Below are positions 21,489 through 31,173 of a DNA stretch of 64,000 bases, in pieces. How positions within the stretch are numbered: position 1 is the stretch's first letter; every line of letters begins with the position of its first letter. A program made the position numbers and the translations under genes. This DNA is from an uncultured delta proteobacterium (lineage in GTDB: Bacteria > Desulfobacterota > Binatia > UBA9968): contig CAVUVW010000015.1 in the NCBI GenBank assembly GCA_963745035.1, forward strand, positions 192,001 to 256,000, given 5' to 3'. The notes beneath the pieces are model-generated. The model was not told the DNA's origin, ran no database searches, and saw nothing but the letters and a program-made list of their open reading frames with translations.

Positions 21489-21761
21489 TGTTCGAGGGTT
21501 AACACAACCGCTGGAGGGGGTCAACGAACTCTCTCGGATAACGTCAAGAGTTGCGGTGTAAATCGCGCAGCTTTTTGGCGCCGGTTGACATTGACATCCC
21601 GTCTCTACTCTCTCTACTGGATCATTCATTCGGTGAACATCGCCAGCGCGCCTTTCCTGATTGCCTTACGGACCGGTTGTTGGTAAATTTCGGAGCAAGT
21701 CAATCAAGCCTTCTGTTTTCGGTAGCGTGAGCGAGAAGGCATTCCAACAAGAGGCAGGGAA

Positions 21762-22385
21762 ATGGTGAACCGTACGACGAGGCTCTTGAGCTTTTCCGTT
21801 ATTGTATCGCTGGTTAGTTTTTCATTGGCTTGCAATCACGCGATTCCCCGGTTCGGCGTTGGGGGGCGTTACGAGGAGGGCAGGGAGCAGTTTCTCCGCG
21901 GTCGCACGGGCGACATGGACAAGGCCGTAGTGGCACTTGAATACGTGGTAAGCCAGGATCCGACGTATAAGTATAGTCTCATGTACCTCGGGCGTGCCTA
22001 TTACCGTAAGGCACGTTACCAAGATGCTTTCGCAGTACTGCAGCGCGCCTTGGCGGTAAACGACGACGACGAGCAGGCCTGGATCGCGTTGGGTCTAACG
22101 CAGCTCCGCTTGGGGCAGAATGACAAGGGAATCGAGTCGCTGAAAGGTGGCATCACTCTCGCGAACAAAGTGATGGTGGACGGCTATCACAATTATCTTT
22201 ACTGGGACACGCGCGGCTTGATTCGCGCTTCGCTGCGGCGGTCAGCTTTCCTGCTGACCAAGGGCATCGAGGAGAAAGACAATATTATCCAGAATACCGA
22301 TCGCCTGATGGCGCTGATTGACGACGAAGAAAACTTCCAGAAAAACACCCGCATTCAGAATACCAGACCGCTTTACGGAGGCTAA
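21762..22385 (+). CDS. TPR lipoprotein
   Basis: SLAC lipobox-like, TPR helices YLGRAYY and IALGLTQL. Confidence 0.8.
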   Translation: MVNRTTRLLSFSVIVSLVSFSLACNHAIPRFGVGGRYEEGREQFLRGRTGDMDKAVVALEYVVSQDPTYKYSLMYLGRAYYRKARYQDAFAVLQRALAVNDDDEQAWIALGLTQLRLGQNDKGIESLKGGITLANKVMVDGYHNYLYWDTRGLIRASLRRSAFLLTKGIEEKDNIIQNTDRLMALIDDEENFQKNTRIQNTRPLYGG

Positions 22386-22387
22386 AA

Positions 22388-22415
22388 GAAAAACCCCGGC
22401 TGTCCGGGGTTTTTC
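22388..22415. terminator. Bidirectional intrinsic terminator
   Basis: gaaaaaccccgg-ctgt-ccggggtttttc between convergent genes. Confidence 0.9.
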
Positions 22416-22456
22416 GTGTGGGTGGACGACCTAACAATACAATTGTCCGACGGCGG

Positions 22457-23092
22457 TTAACGCGGGCTGTCGTTGCTGTCGCTTTCGCGGGCGCGTTCGC
22501 GAGCTTCGTCCCGGCGCGCCTTGTCGCCTTCCTCTTCCATGCGTTGGCCGATCCACTCGCCGCTCGCGATCAGCTTCTGCATGTCGAATTCCCGCCCCGA
22601 CATGATCGCCAGGTCTTGCCGGATCGCCGAGCGTATCTCCTTGGCGGGGTCCCAGAACTGGCCGAAAGAAAACCGATGGGCCTCGTTAATATAATCCAGC
22701 CACCCGTGAATGCCTTTCATTCCTCCCTCAATTTCCTTTAATCCCCGCTGACGATCGCCGCTCCGGGCCAAAGTCAAACCGAGGTAAAGCCGGGCGATGT
22801 CCTCGTCTCGATTGACGCTGAGCGCCTTTTCCAGCGTTTCTCTTGCCTGAGGCAGTCTACCGATAGCGTACTCGGAACGTCCGACATAGCTGAAAATACC
22901 CTGCTGCAGCGCGGTTCCGTACCGGTAGTTAGGGTCGGCTAGCGCGGCTTTCTGAAAATAAGCCAACGCCGCTTCGTTGTGGCCCGCGAGCATTGCGCGC
23001 CTTCCCGCGGCAACGTCGCTGCCTACGTGCAGGCTCGCGCAGCCGGAGACGAAAACGAGAAACGACAGCAACATGGTCCACGTGGTTTTCAT
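22457..23092 (-). CDS. TPR lipoprotein, paralog of 21762-22385
   Basis: Lipobox VSGC, TPR helices YVGRSEY and YLGLTLA; GGAGG RBS. Confidence 0.8.
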   Translation of the reverse strand: MKTTWTMLLSFLVFVSGCASLHVGSDVAAGRRAMLAGHNEAALAYFQKAALADPNYRYGTALQQGIFSYVGRSEYAIGRLPQARETLEKALSVNRDEDIARLYLGLTLARSGDRQRGLKEIEGGMKGIHGWLDYINEAHRFSFGQFWDPAKEIRSAIRQDLAIMSGREFDMQKLIASGEWIGQRMEEEGDKARRDEARERARESDSNDSPR

Positions 23093-23219
23093 GGCTCCCT
23101 CCTACTTCGGCAAAAGCATAGTTCCGAGGTGGCGCGATTTCAATAGCGGAAATGCGGCACCCGAAGCCGGCTGCAATCCATGGCATCTTGCTGTGAATTG
23201 AGTCCCGACGGCGACCTTG

Positions 23220-24005
23220 TCAGGAGCGAAGCAGGGTGACCCAAATGCGCAGCGCTACAACCGCGATCACACCGGCGTAGACATAGCGTAATGCTTTAGG
23301 GGATACCCGGCTATGGCTCTTTTCTCCGGCGATCGCCCCCACACTGGCGCCGATGATGATCGCCAGGGTCATCAAGAAGGGAACCTGACCGGTGATGAGC
23401 TTCCCCATAAAGCCGGCAAAGCCGTTTAATACATGTATGGCCAAGCTGCTGCCGATCGTGATTCGCGTCGGTATCTTGAGCACGTAGATAAGCAGCGGCA
23501 CGAAAAGAAAATTACCCGCGCCCAAAAGTCCCACCACGGCACCAACGAAAAATGACAGCGCACAGAGAAAAATGGATGGAATCGGAATTTGGTCGGCCGC
23601 CGTTTCTTCACGTTGAGCGGACGGTCCCGGGAGGAACATTACCGCTCCGGCGATAAGCACGACGATGCCAAACAGCAACAGCAGAAACCATTCGGAGACC
23701 CATTTCGAACCGACGCCGCCGATAAAGGCGCCGATAGCGGATGATACCGCTCCCAGCAGCGTCAGTTTTTTATGCACCCGCCCTTTACGCCAGTGGGCTG
23801 CTCCACCGATCACGCCCGCAAAAAAAACCTGTGAGATCACCAAGGCGGCGACAGTCTTGGCATCAAGCGCTTCCAAGCCGAGAAAGGGCGGCAGATAAAG
23901 CAGCAGGGGGAAAAGCAATATTCCGCCGCCCAGGCCGATAAATCCCGCACCGAAGCCGGCGATACCGGCTAACGTCAAAAGCGTCGTGAATAGGCCGGTA
24001 CTCAT
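23220..24005 (-). CDS. TauE/SafE-family (TSUP) exporter
   Basis: GFIGLGGG and GLLGAGNF glycine motifs, about 8 TMs. Confidence 0.85.
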   Translation of the reverse strand: MSTGLFTTLLTLAGIAGFGAGFIGLGGGILLFPLLLYLPPFLGLEALDAKTVAALVISQVFFAGVIGGAAHWRKGRVHKKLTLLGAVSSAIGAFIGGVGSKWVSEWFLLLLFGIVVLIAGAVMFLPGPSAQREETAADQIPIPSIFLCALSFFVGAVVGLLGAGNFLFVPLLIYVLKIPTRITIGSSLAIHVLNGFAGFMGKLITGQVPFLMTLAIIIGASVGAIAGEKSHSRVSPKALRYVYAGVIAVVALRIWVTLLRS

Positions 24006-24934
24006 GCGCCCGCCGAGAACGAGCTTCTCACGGCAATATCCGCGACGGTGAACAGGAAATAGCCGAGACTGACGTAGGCGTTGAGATCAAAAAAAGCGCG
24101 GTTGATGCGCGAGAGATCGCCAGGCGTAACGATGCGATGCTCCCAGAGTAAAACCAGCGCTACCGCAGCAAATCCAATCCAATAGAGCAAACCCATTTCG
24201 GCATCCAGCCCCACAAGAGCGAGAAAAACGACTGTGCACAAATGAGAAAAACTCGACAACCGCAAGGCGCCGGCGACGCCGAAGCGCACCGGAATCGAGT
24301 GCAAGCCGTGAGCGCGATCGAATTCTCGATCCTGGAGCGAGTAGATGATGTCGAAGCCGGCGAGCCAAAAGACCACCGCCAGGCCGAGATAAATCGGCAC
24401 GGTCAACTCGCCCACATCGATCGGCGGCCGCAAGGTCGCCAGCCAGGCGCCGACCGGCGCGAGCGCCAGCGCAAGCCCTAAAAACAGGTGGGAAGCCCAG
24501 GTGAAGCGCTTGGTGAGCGAATAGAAAAAAATAATCGCGAGCGCGACCGGCGATAAGATAAAGCAGATCCAGTTGAGCTGGTAAGCGGCAAGCATGAAGA
24601 CCAGAGCGGCGGCGGCGGTGAGGGCGACGGCTTCCCAAACGCGGACGGCGCCGCGCGGCAATTCCCAGCCTTGGGTGCGCGGGTTGAGCGCATCGAATTT
24701 TCGGTCCGCCAGGCGATTGAACGCCATGGCCGCGGTGCGCGCGCCGACCATGGCGATCAAAATCCAAAACAAGGTCCTTAGCGTCACCGGATGTTTCGGC
24801 CATGCCAAAGCGACCGAAGAAAGAGCGAACGGCAGAGCGAACACGGTGTGAGAAAAACGTACGAGGCGGCCGTAATCGGAGATTTTGGATTTTAGATTTT
24901 GGATTTTCGATTGGCGGAGAGCTTGCTCGTTCAT
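24002..24934 (-). CDS. ubiA: UbiA-family polyprenyltransferase (MqnP-like)
   Basis: RFSHTVFALPF, FNRLADRKFDALNPRT, YSLTKRFT, GFDIIYSLQD. Confidence 0.92.
   Translation of the reverse strand: MNEQALRQSKIQNLKSKISDYGRLVRFSHTVFALPFALSSVALAWPKHPVTLRTLFWILIAMVGARTAAMAFNRLADRKFDALNPRTQGWELPRGAVRVWEAVALTAAAALVFMLAAYQLNWICFILSPVALAIIFFYSLTKRFTWASHLFLGLALALAPVGAWLATLRPPIDVGELTVPIYLGLAVVFWLAGFDIIYSLQDREFDRAHGLHSIPVRFGVAGALRLSSFSHLCTVVFLALVGLDAEMGLLYWIGFAAVALVLLWEHRIVTPGDLSRINRAFFDLNAYVSLGYFLFTVADIAVRSSFSAGA
24881..24912. repeat. 7-mer tandem array translated inside UbiA N-terminus
   Basis: gattttg/gatttta/gattttg/gattttc/gatt encodes QSKIQNLKSKI. Confidence 0.85.
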
Positions 24935-26373
24935 AGACCGAGTTTATCCCATATGGAGTCGATGTAACGCCTCGTTCGCTCATCCATGACGATGGGCTCC
25001 GGCCATTCGCGCTCGAAACCTTCGCCGCGCCATTTTCTCGTCGCGTCGATGCCGAACTTCGAGCCGAAGCCCAACACCGGCGCGGCGTGATCGAGGACGT
25101 CCACCGGACCCTCGACGAATACGGTGTCGCGCTTGGGATCGATGTGGTTGCCGGCGATCCACGTGACTTCGGCGAGGTCGTGGACGTTCACGTCGTGGTC
25201 GACGATGATCAACGTCTTGGTGAACATCATCTGCCCCAGGCCCCACAAGGCGTGCATCACCTTGCGCGCGTGGGCGGGATATTCTTTTTTGATCGCGATG
25301 ATCGCGAGGTTATGAAACACGCCGTGAACCGGCAGGTTCATGTCGACGATCTCCGGCAACGTGACGCGCAGCAGCGGCAAAAACAGCCGCTCCGTCGCTT
25401 TGCCGAGATAGGCGTCTTCCATCGGCGGGCGGCCGACGATGGTGGTCGGATAGATCGGCTGCTTGCGATGGGTGATGCACGTGACGTGGAAAACGGGGTA
25501 ATCCTCGGCCAGAGAGTAAAATCCCGTGTGATCGCCGAACGGCCCCTCGCGGCGTAGCGGCTCGGCCGGATCGACGTAGCCTTCGATCACGATATCCGAA
25601 TTCGCCGGTACCTCGACATCGACGGTGACGCCTTTGACCAGCGCCACGCCTTTCTTACGCAGAAATCCGGTAAACAGGATTTCGTCGATCTGGTCCGGCA
25701 GCGGCGCGGTGGCGGCGTAAATCATCGCCGGATCGCCGCCCAGGCAAACCGCCAGCTCCAGCTTGCCGGCGGCTTCTTTTTGCCGCTGGTAATGGCGCGC
25801 GCCGACCTTGTGAAGGTGCCAATGCATGCCGGTGGTACGCTGATCGAAAACCTGCATACGATACAGGCCGACGTTTCTCGTTCCTTTCACCGGATCCTTG
25901 GAAAAGACCATCGGCAAAGTGATGAACGGTCCGGCGTCGCCGGGCCAGCAGGTGAGCACCGGCAGGAGATTCAAGTCGGGCGCGCGCTCGATCACTTCCT
26001 GGCACGGGCCTTCCTTAACGATCTTCGGCGGAATGCCGGCCAGCTTCACCAGCTCGCCCAGCAAATGAAACTTGTCTTTGAACGACTTTGGCGGCTTGAT
26101 CTGGATCAGCTTGGCGATATCTGCGGCGATCTCCTCGACGTCGTTTACGCCGAGCGCCAGCGCCATCCGTTTCAGCGAGCCGAAGGCGTTGATCAACACC
26201 GGCATCGACTTGCCGGCGACGTTCTCGAAGAGCAGCGCCGGACCGGCGCTTTTCATCACCCGATCGGCGATCTCGGTGATTTCCAAATCCGCTTTGACGG
26301 GATGCGCGACGCGGCGTAGCTCACCGGCACGCTCCAAAACTTGAACGAATTCTGCCAGGCTGTTATATGGCAT
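24931..26373 (-). CDS. ubiD: UbiD-family decarboxylase (menaquinone MqnL-like)
   Basis: RNVGLYRMQ, EGPFGDHTGFY, VGRPPMED, GQMMFTK, KFGIDAT. Confidence 0.93.
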   Translation of the reverse strand: MPYNSLAEFVQVLERAGELRRVAHPVKADLEITEIADRVMKSAGPALLFENVAGKSMPVLINAFGSLKRMALALGVNDVEEIAADIAKLIQIKPPKSFKDKFHLLGELVKLAGIPPKIVKEGPCQEVIERAPDLNLLPVLTCWPGDAGPFITLPMVFSKDPVKGTRNVGLYRMQVFDQRTTGMHWHLHKVGARHYQRQKEAAGKLELAVCLGGDPAMIYAATAPLPDQIDEILFTGFLRKKGVALVKGVTVDVEVPANSDIVIEGYVDPAEPLRREGPFGDHTGFYSLAEDYPVFHVTCITHRKQPIYPTTIVGRPPMEDAYLGKATERLFLPLLRVTLPEIVDMNLPVHGVFHNLAIIAIKKEYPAHARKVMHALWGLGQMMFTKTLIIVDHDVNVHDLAEVTWIAGNHIDPKRDTVFVEGPVDVLDHAAPVLGFGSKFGIDATRKWRGEGFEREWPEPIVMDERTRRYIDSIWDKLGL

Positions 26374-26504
26374 GTGCTTCCCGCAAAGCCTTAAATGAAA
26401 AGCATTAATCCGAGCGGAAGTCGGAAGTCAAGCAAGCCGACCGGCGCTCCGCCTGCGCGCGCTCTCGCCGCGGCGACGGCGGCTGCGTTCCTTCCGCCGA
26501 CCCG

Positions 26505-26697
26505 AACGCTGCTCAAACAAGGCCAAGTCCAGGAAGCCATCGATCACTTCCGCGCCGCTTTGCGTTTAGAACCGGGCGTGGCCGAGATTCACGAGAGCCT
26601 CGGGCGCGCGCTGGCGCTGCAGGGAAAAAACGACGAAGCGGCCGCGCATCTGGAAGAAGCCGTGCGCATTCTCAAAACGTCGCCGCCAGCGCCATGA
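26505..26697 (+). pseudogene. C-terminal TPR fragment of a truncated gene
   Basis: Two clean TPRs (LLKQGQVQEAIDHF...SLGRALALQG); upstream part of the ORF looks non-protein-like and begins 21 bp from the divergent ubiD start; stop overlaps next ATG. Confidence 0.5.
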
Positions 26698-28757
26698 CCG
26701 AGCGGCGCGTCAACCGGCCGCGCTCCCGCGCGGTTACGTCGGCCAAACCCGCTGCTATCCCGAGCGCCGATCTGGACCGGAAGAGCCGCCGGCGCTGCGG
26801 GGCGGCGATATTTTCAATCGCCTTCGCGCTCCGTCTGATTTACCTTTTTCAGATCGAATCCATTCCGCTTTTCTATAACCTGGCGGGCGACGGGTGGACT
26901 TACGACGAGTGGGCCCGGCGCATCGCCGCGGGCGCCTGGCTCGGCGAAGGGGTTTTTTACCAAGCGCCGCTGTATCCCTACTTCCTTGCCGCGCTGCAAA
27001 GTCTGTTCGGCCACAATCTTTGGGCGATTCGCTTTGTGCAAATCATCCTCGGCGCGCTTTCCTGCGCGCTGGTGTTTGTCGTCGGCGAGAAGATTTTTTC
27101 ACGCCGCGCCGGACTGGCCGCAGGCTTGCTGCTGGCGTTTTATGCGCCGGCGATCTTTTTCGATGTACTGATCGAAAAAAGCATTCTCGATCTCTTCTTG
27201 CTGAGCGCGTTGCTGCTGCTTTTGCTTGGAACGGATGCCGAGGGGCGATGGACCAAATGGCTCGGCGCCGGCGCAATCTTGGGATTGCTTGGGCTTTCGC
27301 GCGAGAATGCGCTCGTGCTGGCGCCTGTCGTCGCGCTGTGGATCGTCGTCTATTTCTCCGCCCGGCCGCTTCAGGTTCGCACGCAATGGCTCGCCTGGTT
27401 TGTCGCCGGCGTGCTCTTGATTTTGCTGCCGGTGGGGCTGCGCAATCTTGCGGTGGGCGGCGAGTTCAAGCTCACCACTTCGCAGCTCGGGCCGAATTTT
27501 TTCATCGGCAACAATGGAGCCGCCGACGGCACCTACGGCTCGGTGCGAAAAACCATCGGCGAAGCGCAGCTCGAAGGAACTGACGCCAAGCGGCTGGCGG
27601 AAAGAACCGCGCGCCGCTCGCTGGCACCGGGAGAGGTCTCGGATTTTTGGCTGGACCGCTCGCTTGATTATATTAAGAATCGGCCTGTCGATTGGCTGGG
27701 TTTGCTGGGACGTAAATGGCTGCTCGTCTGGAACGCGCGCGAGATCGAAGACTCCGACGATTTTTATATCTATCGAAGCTGGTCCGGGCTGCTCGACGCC
27801 CTCGGCACGGTCCATCACTTCGGTGTGCTCGCGCCCCTCGCCGCGCTGGGCGTGGCGCTCACCTATTCCCGCTGGCGGCAACTCTGGCTCCTTTATGCGA
27901 TGATTCTGTCGCTGGCGGCGAGCGTTGCGATTTTTTACGTCTTTGGCCGCTATCGTTTTTCTCTGGCTCCTTTGTTGGCGCTTTTCGCCGGCGCCGGAGC
28001 CGCAGCGGCGCTCGAGCTTTATAGAGAAAAAAGCTGGCGCTTGCTGGCGACCGGCGCCGCCATCGCTCTGTGCGCGGCCGTGATCGTCAACTGGCCCATG
28101 AGCAATGTCTCCGGACCGGGAGCCGCAGGCTATAACAACCTATCCAACGCTTACCTGAAGCAGGGCAAGATCGTGCAAGCGATCAACACGGCTCTCAATG
28201 CGATCCAAGCCGATCCAAACTACGGCGTCGCGCATTACAACCTCGGCAATCTCTATGCGCAACAACGCAGATTCGAAGAGGCGCGCCGTCATTTCGAAAC
28301 GGCCTTGCGGCTTTATCCGAACTACGCGGATGCGCACAGCAACTATGGACAGCTCATCGCGGAGCGCGGCGACATCGAAACCGGCGTCCGTTACTTTCGC
28401 AGGGCCATCGAGCTCAATCCGGCGCTGCCGCGCGCGCACTTGAACCTCGGCGTGGCACTGGCCAAGCAGGGGAAACTCGATGACGCGGTTCCCGCTCTGG
28501 CACAAGCCGCCCGGCTGTCGCCGGATTTGCCGGAACCAAGCTACTATCTCGGCAGCGTTTACGCCGCGCAGAATCGCTATGGCGAGGCGGTCCAGTGGTT
28601 TCGGCAAACCGTGCGCATTCAGCCCGACTTCGCGCCGGCGCACCAAAGCTTGGCGGAGCTTTTCACCATACTCGGCAAACCTTCCGAAGCGAAAGAACAC
28701 CATCGCGAGGCGCTCCGGCTCATGAAACAGCGGAGGCCGGCCGGCCCAGCGCGCTAA
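26694..28757 (+). CDS. GT-C fold (PMT/GT39-like) membrane glycosyltransferase with C-terminal TPRs
   Basis: D-xx-TYDEWA loop, FYQAPLYPYFL, NFFIGNN, RYR motif, about 11 TMs, several TPRs. Confidence 0.85.
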   Translation: MTERRVNRPRSRAVTSAKPAAIPSADLDRKSRRRCGAAIFSIAFALRLIYLFQIESIPLFYNLAGDGWTYDEWARRIAAGAWLGEGVFYQAPLYPYFLAALQSLFGHNLWAIRFVQIILGALSCALVFVVGEKIFSRRAGLAAGLLLAFYAPAIFFDVLIEKSILDLFLLSALLLLLLGTDAEGRWTKWLGAGAILGLLGLSRENALVLAPVVALWIVVYFSARPLQVRTQWLAWFVAGVLLILLPVGLRNLAVGGEFKLTTSQLGPNFFIGNNGAADGTYGSVRKTIGEAQLEGTDAKRLAERTARRSLAPGEVSDFWLDRSLDYIKNRPVDWLGLLGRKWLLVWNAREIEDSDDFYIYRSWSGLLDALGTVHHFGVLAPLAALGVALTYSRWRQLWLLYAMILSLAASVAIFYVFGRYRFSLAPLLALFAGAGAAAALELYREKSWRLLATGAAIALCAAVIVNWPMSNVSGPGAAGYNNLSNAYLKQGKIVQAINTALNAIQADPNYGVAHYNLGNLYAQQRRFEEARRHFETALRLYPNYADAHSNYGQLIAERGDIETGVRYFRRAIELNPALPRAHLNLGVALAKQGKLDDAVPALAQAARLSPDLPEPSYYLGSVYAAQNRYGEAVQWFRQTVRIQPDFAPAHQSLAELFTILGKPSEAKEHHREALRLMKQRRPAGPAR

Positions 28758-28787
28758 GTGAGCGCGGGAGTCAGGCCAGATATTTTT

Positions 28788-30755
28788 CTATTCCATCGAA
28801 CCGACGCGCAAGATCACGCGCGCCGGCGGTTTGACGAGCTTGATGAATGGAATCGGATCGTCGAGAATTTTCACCGGTTCGATTTTCACCGGCGGCGACG
28901 CGCTCAAGCCTTGCACCCAGTGGTATTTCAAAACCACTTCGTCGCCGGCGAGATCCGACAGCTCCAGGCGATTCCATCCGGCATCGACCTTGCCCTCGCC
29001 TTTCACAAACCAGCTCAGAGGTTGCCGGACTTTCATCAAATGCACCAGACCGATCCGCTGCTCGAGCGTGACCAGATCTCCCGCCGCTTGCAGCCGTCTG
29101 ATCGACGCCGGATGAAAGGCGACGATCGCGCCGATATTGTAGAGACGCAGATAGTTTCGCAACTCGCCATCGGAGAGTGTCTGGATATTTTTCTTGAAAA
29201 TCCTGCCGGAATGAAACTCGGCGAAGTGGTGGCGATCGTTATAGAGATTGATCGGCCCGCCGATGAATTGCCGTCCGGTCAGCTGAGGCAAGAGAGATGA
29301 CAGATAAACGCCGTCGTAGACAAAGCCGGTTTCGTCCCCGGATTCCTCGAACAGGACCCGGGCGTCAGCCGCTGTTTCCCGCGCGATCCAATCGACCACG
29401 GCAGTGATCTGAGGATTGAGCCGCGTGCGTAGTTGCAGCTTGCCTGTCGATTCGGTTTGCACGACGTTCACCAGAAAAGTTATGAGCCCGCAGCCGAGGA
29501 GAACCGGCACGAGCTTCGACGGCGCGGCGCGGCGAGAGCCCAACCAGGAAGCGGCGGCATGGGCGGCGCCGAGCGCGAGAAACAGATCCAGCGCAACTTT
29601 GAAGCGCAGCGGCTGCCAGGATTTCACCCCCGGCACAAGACCACCGAAGTACGTGAGGATGAACAGGCCGCCAACGGCGCTGGCCAGAAGAACGCCGGCA
29701 CTGCGGTCGCCGTTCTGCATCAGGCGCCTGATGCCGAGCACACCCAGCGCCAGCAGCGCAAGCCGAAGGCCCTTCTCGAAAAGCGGCGCGCGAAACGTCC
29801 AAAAACCTTGCGGCCCGAGATAGTCGAGAAAAAATGTAAACGGGTTGTCGCCGGCGAAAAGCGGGAGCTGCTCGACGATCGCCGCTGAAATGTCGTCGCC
29901 GCGGTGTTCCAGCGCCGGCGCAAGCCACATCAGATTGCTCAGAACCGCAACCAGCAAAGCCGCCGCGCCCCATGAAAATAACCGCACGGATAGAAGCTGC
30001 GGCGCGAACGCCAGCAGGGCGACGATCGGCGGCAAAAAAATAACCGCAGATTGGACGTGCAACGGCAGAATGACCGCGGCAAAAAGCAGGCAACCGATAT
30101 GAACCCAACCGAAAGATTCACCGTGCGCCGCGAGTCGATAGAAAAGCGAGACGCCCAGAACGCTCAGATAAGCGGCCGCCGGAAAGCCGATCATGCCGTA
30201 GAAAAACATCTCGCGCGGGAGAGAATTCCACCAGTATACCGTCGCCAGAAAGGCCGCGGTCAAGGCGATGAGGTTTTTACGACCGTCGGCGAAAAAAAAA
30301 ATGCGCGCCGTAAAGTAGCCGAGCCACGGCACGCTCGCCATCACCAGAAACGCGGAAATCTTGAACCACTGAAGCAGCGTCGGCGCCAAGGCCGATAGTC
30401 CCAGCGCCGCAAACTCAAAAAACTTGATACTCAGATCCTGGATCGTGTTCGACGGGTAGCCGGCCATGAAAAAAGGGTTGTAGCCCCAAACCAAACGATC
30501 CTGCCGCCAGAAAGCTTCCAGCGCCGCGAGATGATGAAAGTGCAAACCCCAGTCCTGCTCGATGATCGGTTGGGTGTCAAAGATGCCGGTCCACGGCGCG
30601 AACAGAGAAGCGAGACCCAAGACGTGGACCAAGAAGATCGCGCCGGTGATATAGAGCGATTTTTCACCCAACCAGTGAGTCCGATTTTGCGGTTCCAGCT
30701 CAACGCGCGCCGGCGCGCCGCGTCTCGCCGTCTTTCTTCGAGGCTTGCTTGTCAT
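28788..30755 (-). CDS. GT-C-like polytopic membrane protein (YfhO-like)
   Basis: EQDWGLH, WGYNPFFMAGYP, QPLRF, about 12 TMs, C-terminal extracytoplasmic domain (LRLYNIGAI, LKYHW). Confidence 0.7.
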   Translation of the reverse strand: MTSKPRRKTARRGAPARVELEPQNRTHWLGEKSLYITGAIFLVHVLGLASLFAPWTGIFDTQPIIEQDWGLHFHHLAALEAFWRQDRLVWGYNPFFMAGYPSNTIQDLSIKFFEFAALGLSALAPTLLQWFKISAFLVMASVPWLGYFTARIFFFADGRKNLIALTAAFLATVYWWNSLPREMFFYGMIGFPAAAYLSVLGVSLFYRLAAHGESFGWVHIGCLLFAAVILPLHVQSAVIFLPPIVALLAFAPQLLSVRLFSWGAAALLVAVLSNLMWLAPALEHRGDDISAAIVEQLPLFAGDNPFTFFLDYLGPQGFWTFRAPLFEKGLRLALLALGVLGIRRLMQNGDRSAGVLLASAVGGLFILTYFGGLVPGVKSWQPLRFKVALDLFLALGAAHAAASWLGSRRAAPSKLVPVLLGCGLITFLVNVVQTESTGKLQLRTRLNPQITAVVDWIARETAADARVLFEESGDETGFVYDGVYLSSLLPQLTGRQFIGGPINLYNDRHHFAEFHSGRIFKKNIQTLSDGELRNYLRLYNIGAIVAFHPASIRRLQAAGDLVTLEQRIGLVHLMKVRQPLSWFVKGEGKVDAGWNRLELSDLAGDEVVLKYHWVQGLSASPPVKIEPVKILDDPIPFIKLVKPPARVILRVGSME

Positions 30756-30931
30756 GTTCTACATGAATAAGCTTGGCAGCGGATCGCTGCCGGTCGCGTC
30801 AAGATTTTAATGGCAATGGCTTGCTCCTGCCCCGCGCCATCTTCCCCAAGTCTGCAACGGCGGATCACGCACCGTTTTCTAATGAGGCCGCCCTCTTGAC
30901 CTTCAGTTCGCTACTGCGATATAGGGCAGCG

Positions 30932-31123
30932 ATGCCGATCCAGTTCATCCTTCCCAAGAAATTCACCCGCGCCGAGATCGAATGGCGCATGGACGAGCTG
31001 GCGCTCCAGTTTCAGGGCACGCAGGACAAAAGAATCATCGCGCAGATCGCGGCGCTGAACCGCGTGCTGACCAAGATGGATGCGCAGCGCTCAGCCGCGA
31101 ATCTCCCCAAGAATCGGCAGTAG
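30932..31123 (+). CDS. Small hypothetical protein (63 aa)
   Basis: MPIQFILPKKFTRAEIEWRMDELALQFQGTQD...; amphipathic helices, GC3-rich codons, fills an intergenic gap. Confidence 0.55.
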   Translation: MPIQFILPKKFTRAEIEWRMDELALQFQGTQDKRIIAQIAALNRVLTKMDAQRSAANLPKNRQ

Positions 31124-31173
31124 CCAACCCATTAACCGTCAATCTACTTTTGGTGCGTCTAGCCTCGCCTTGT

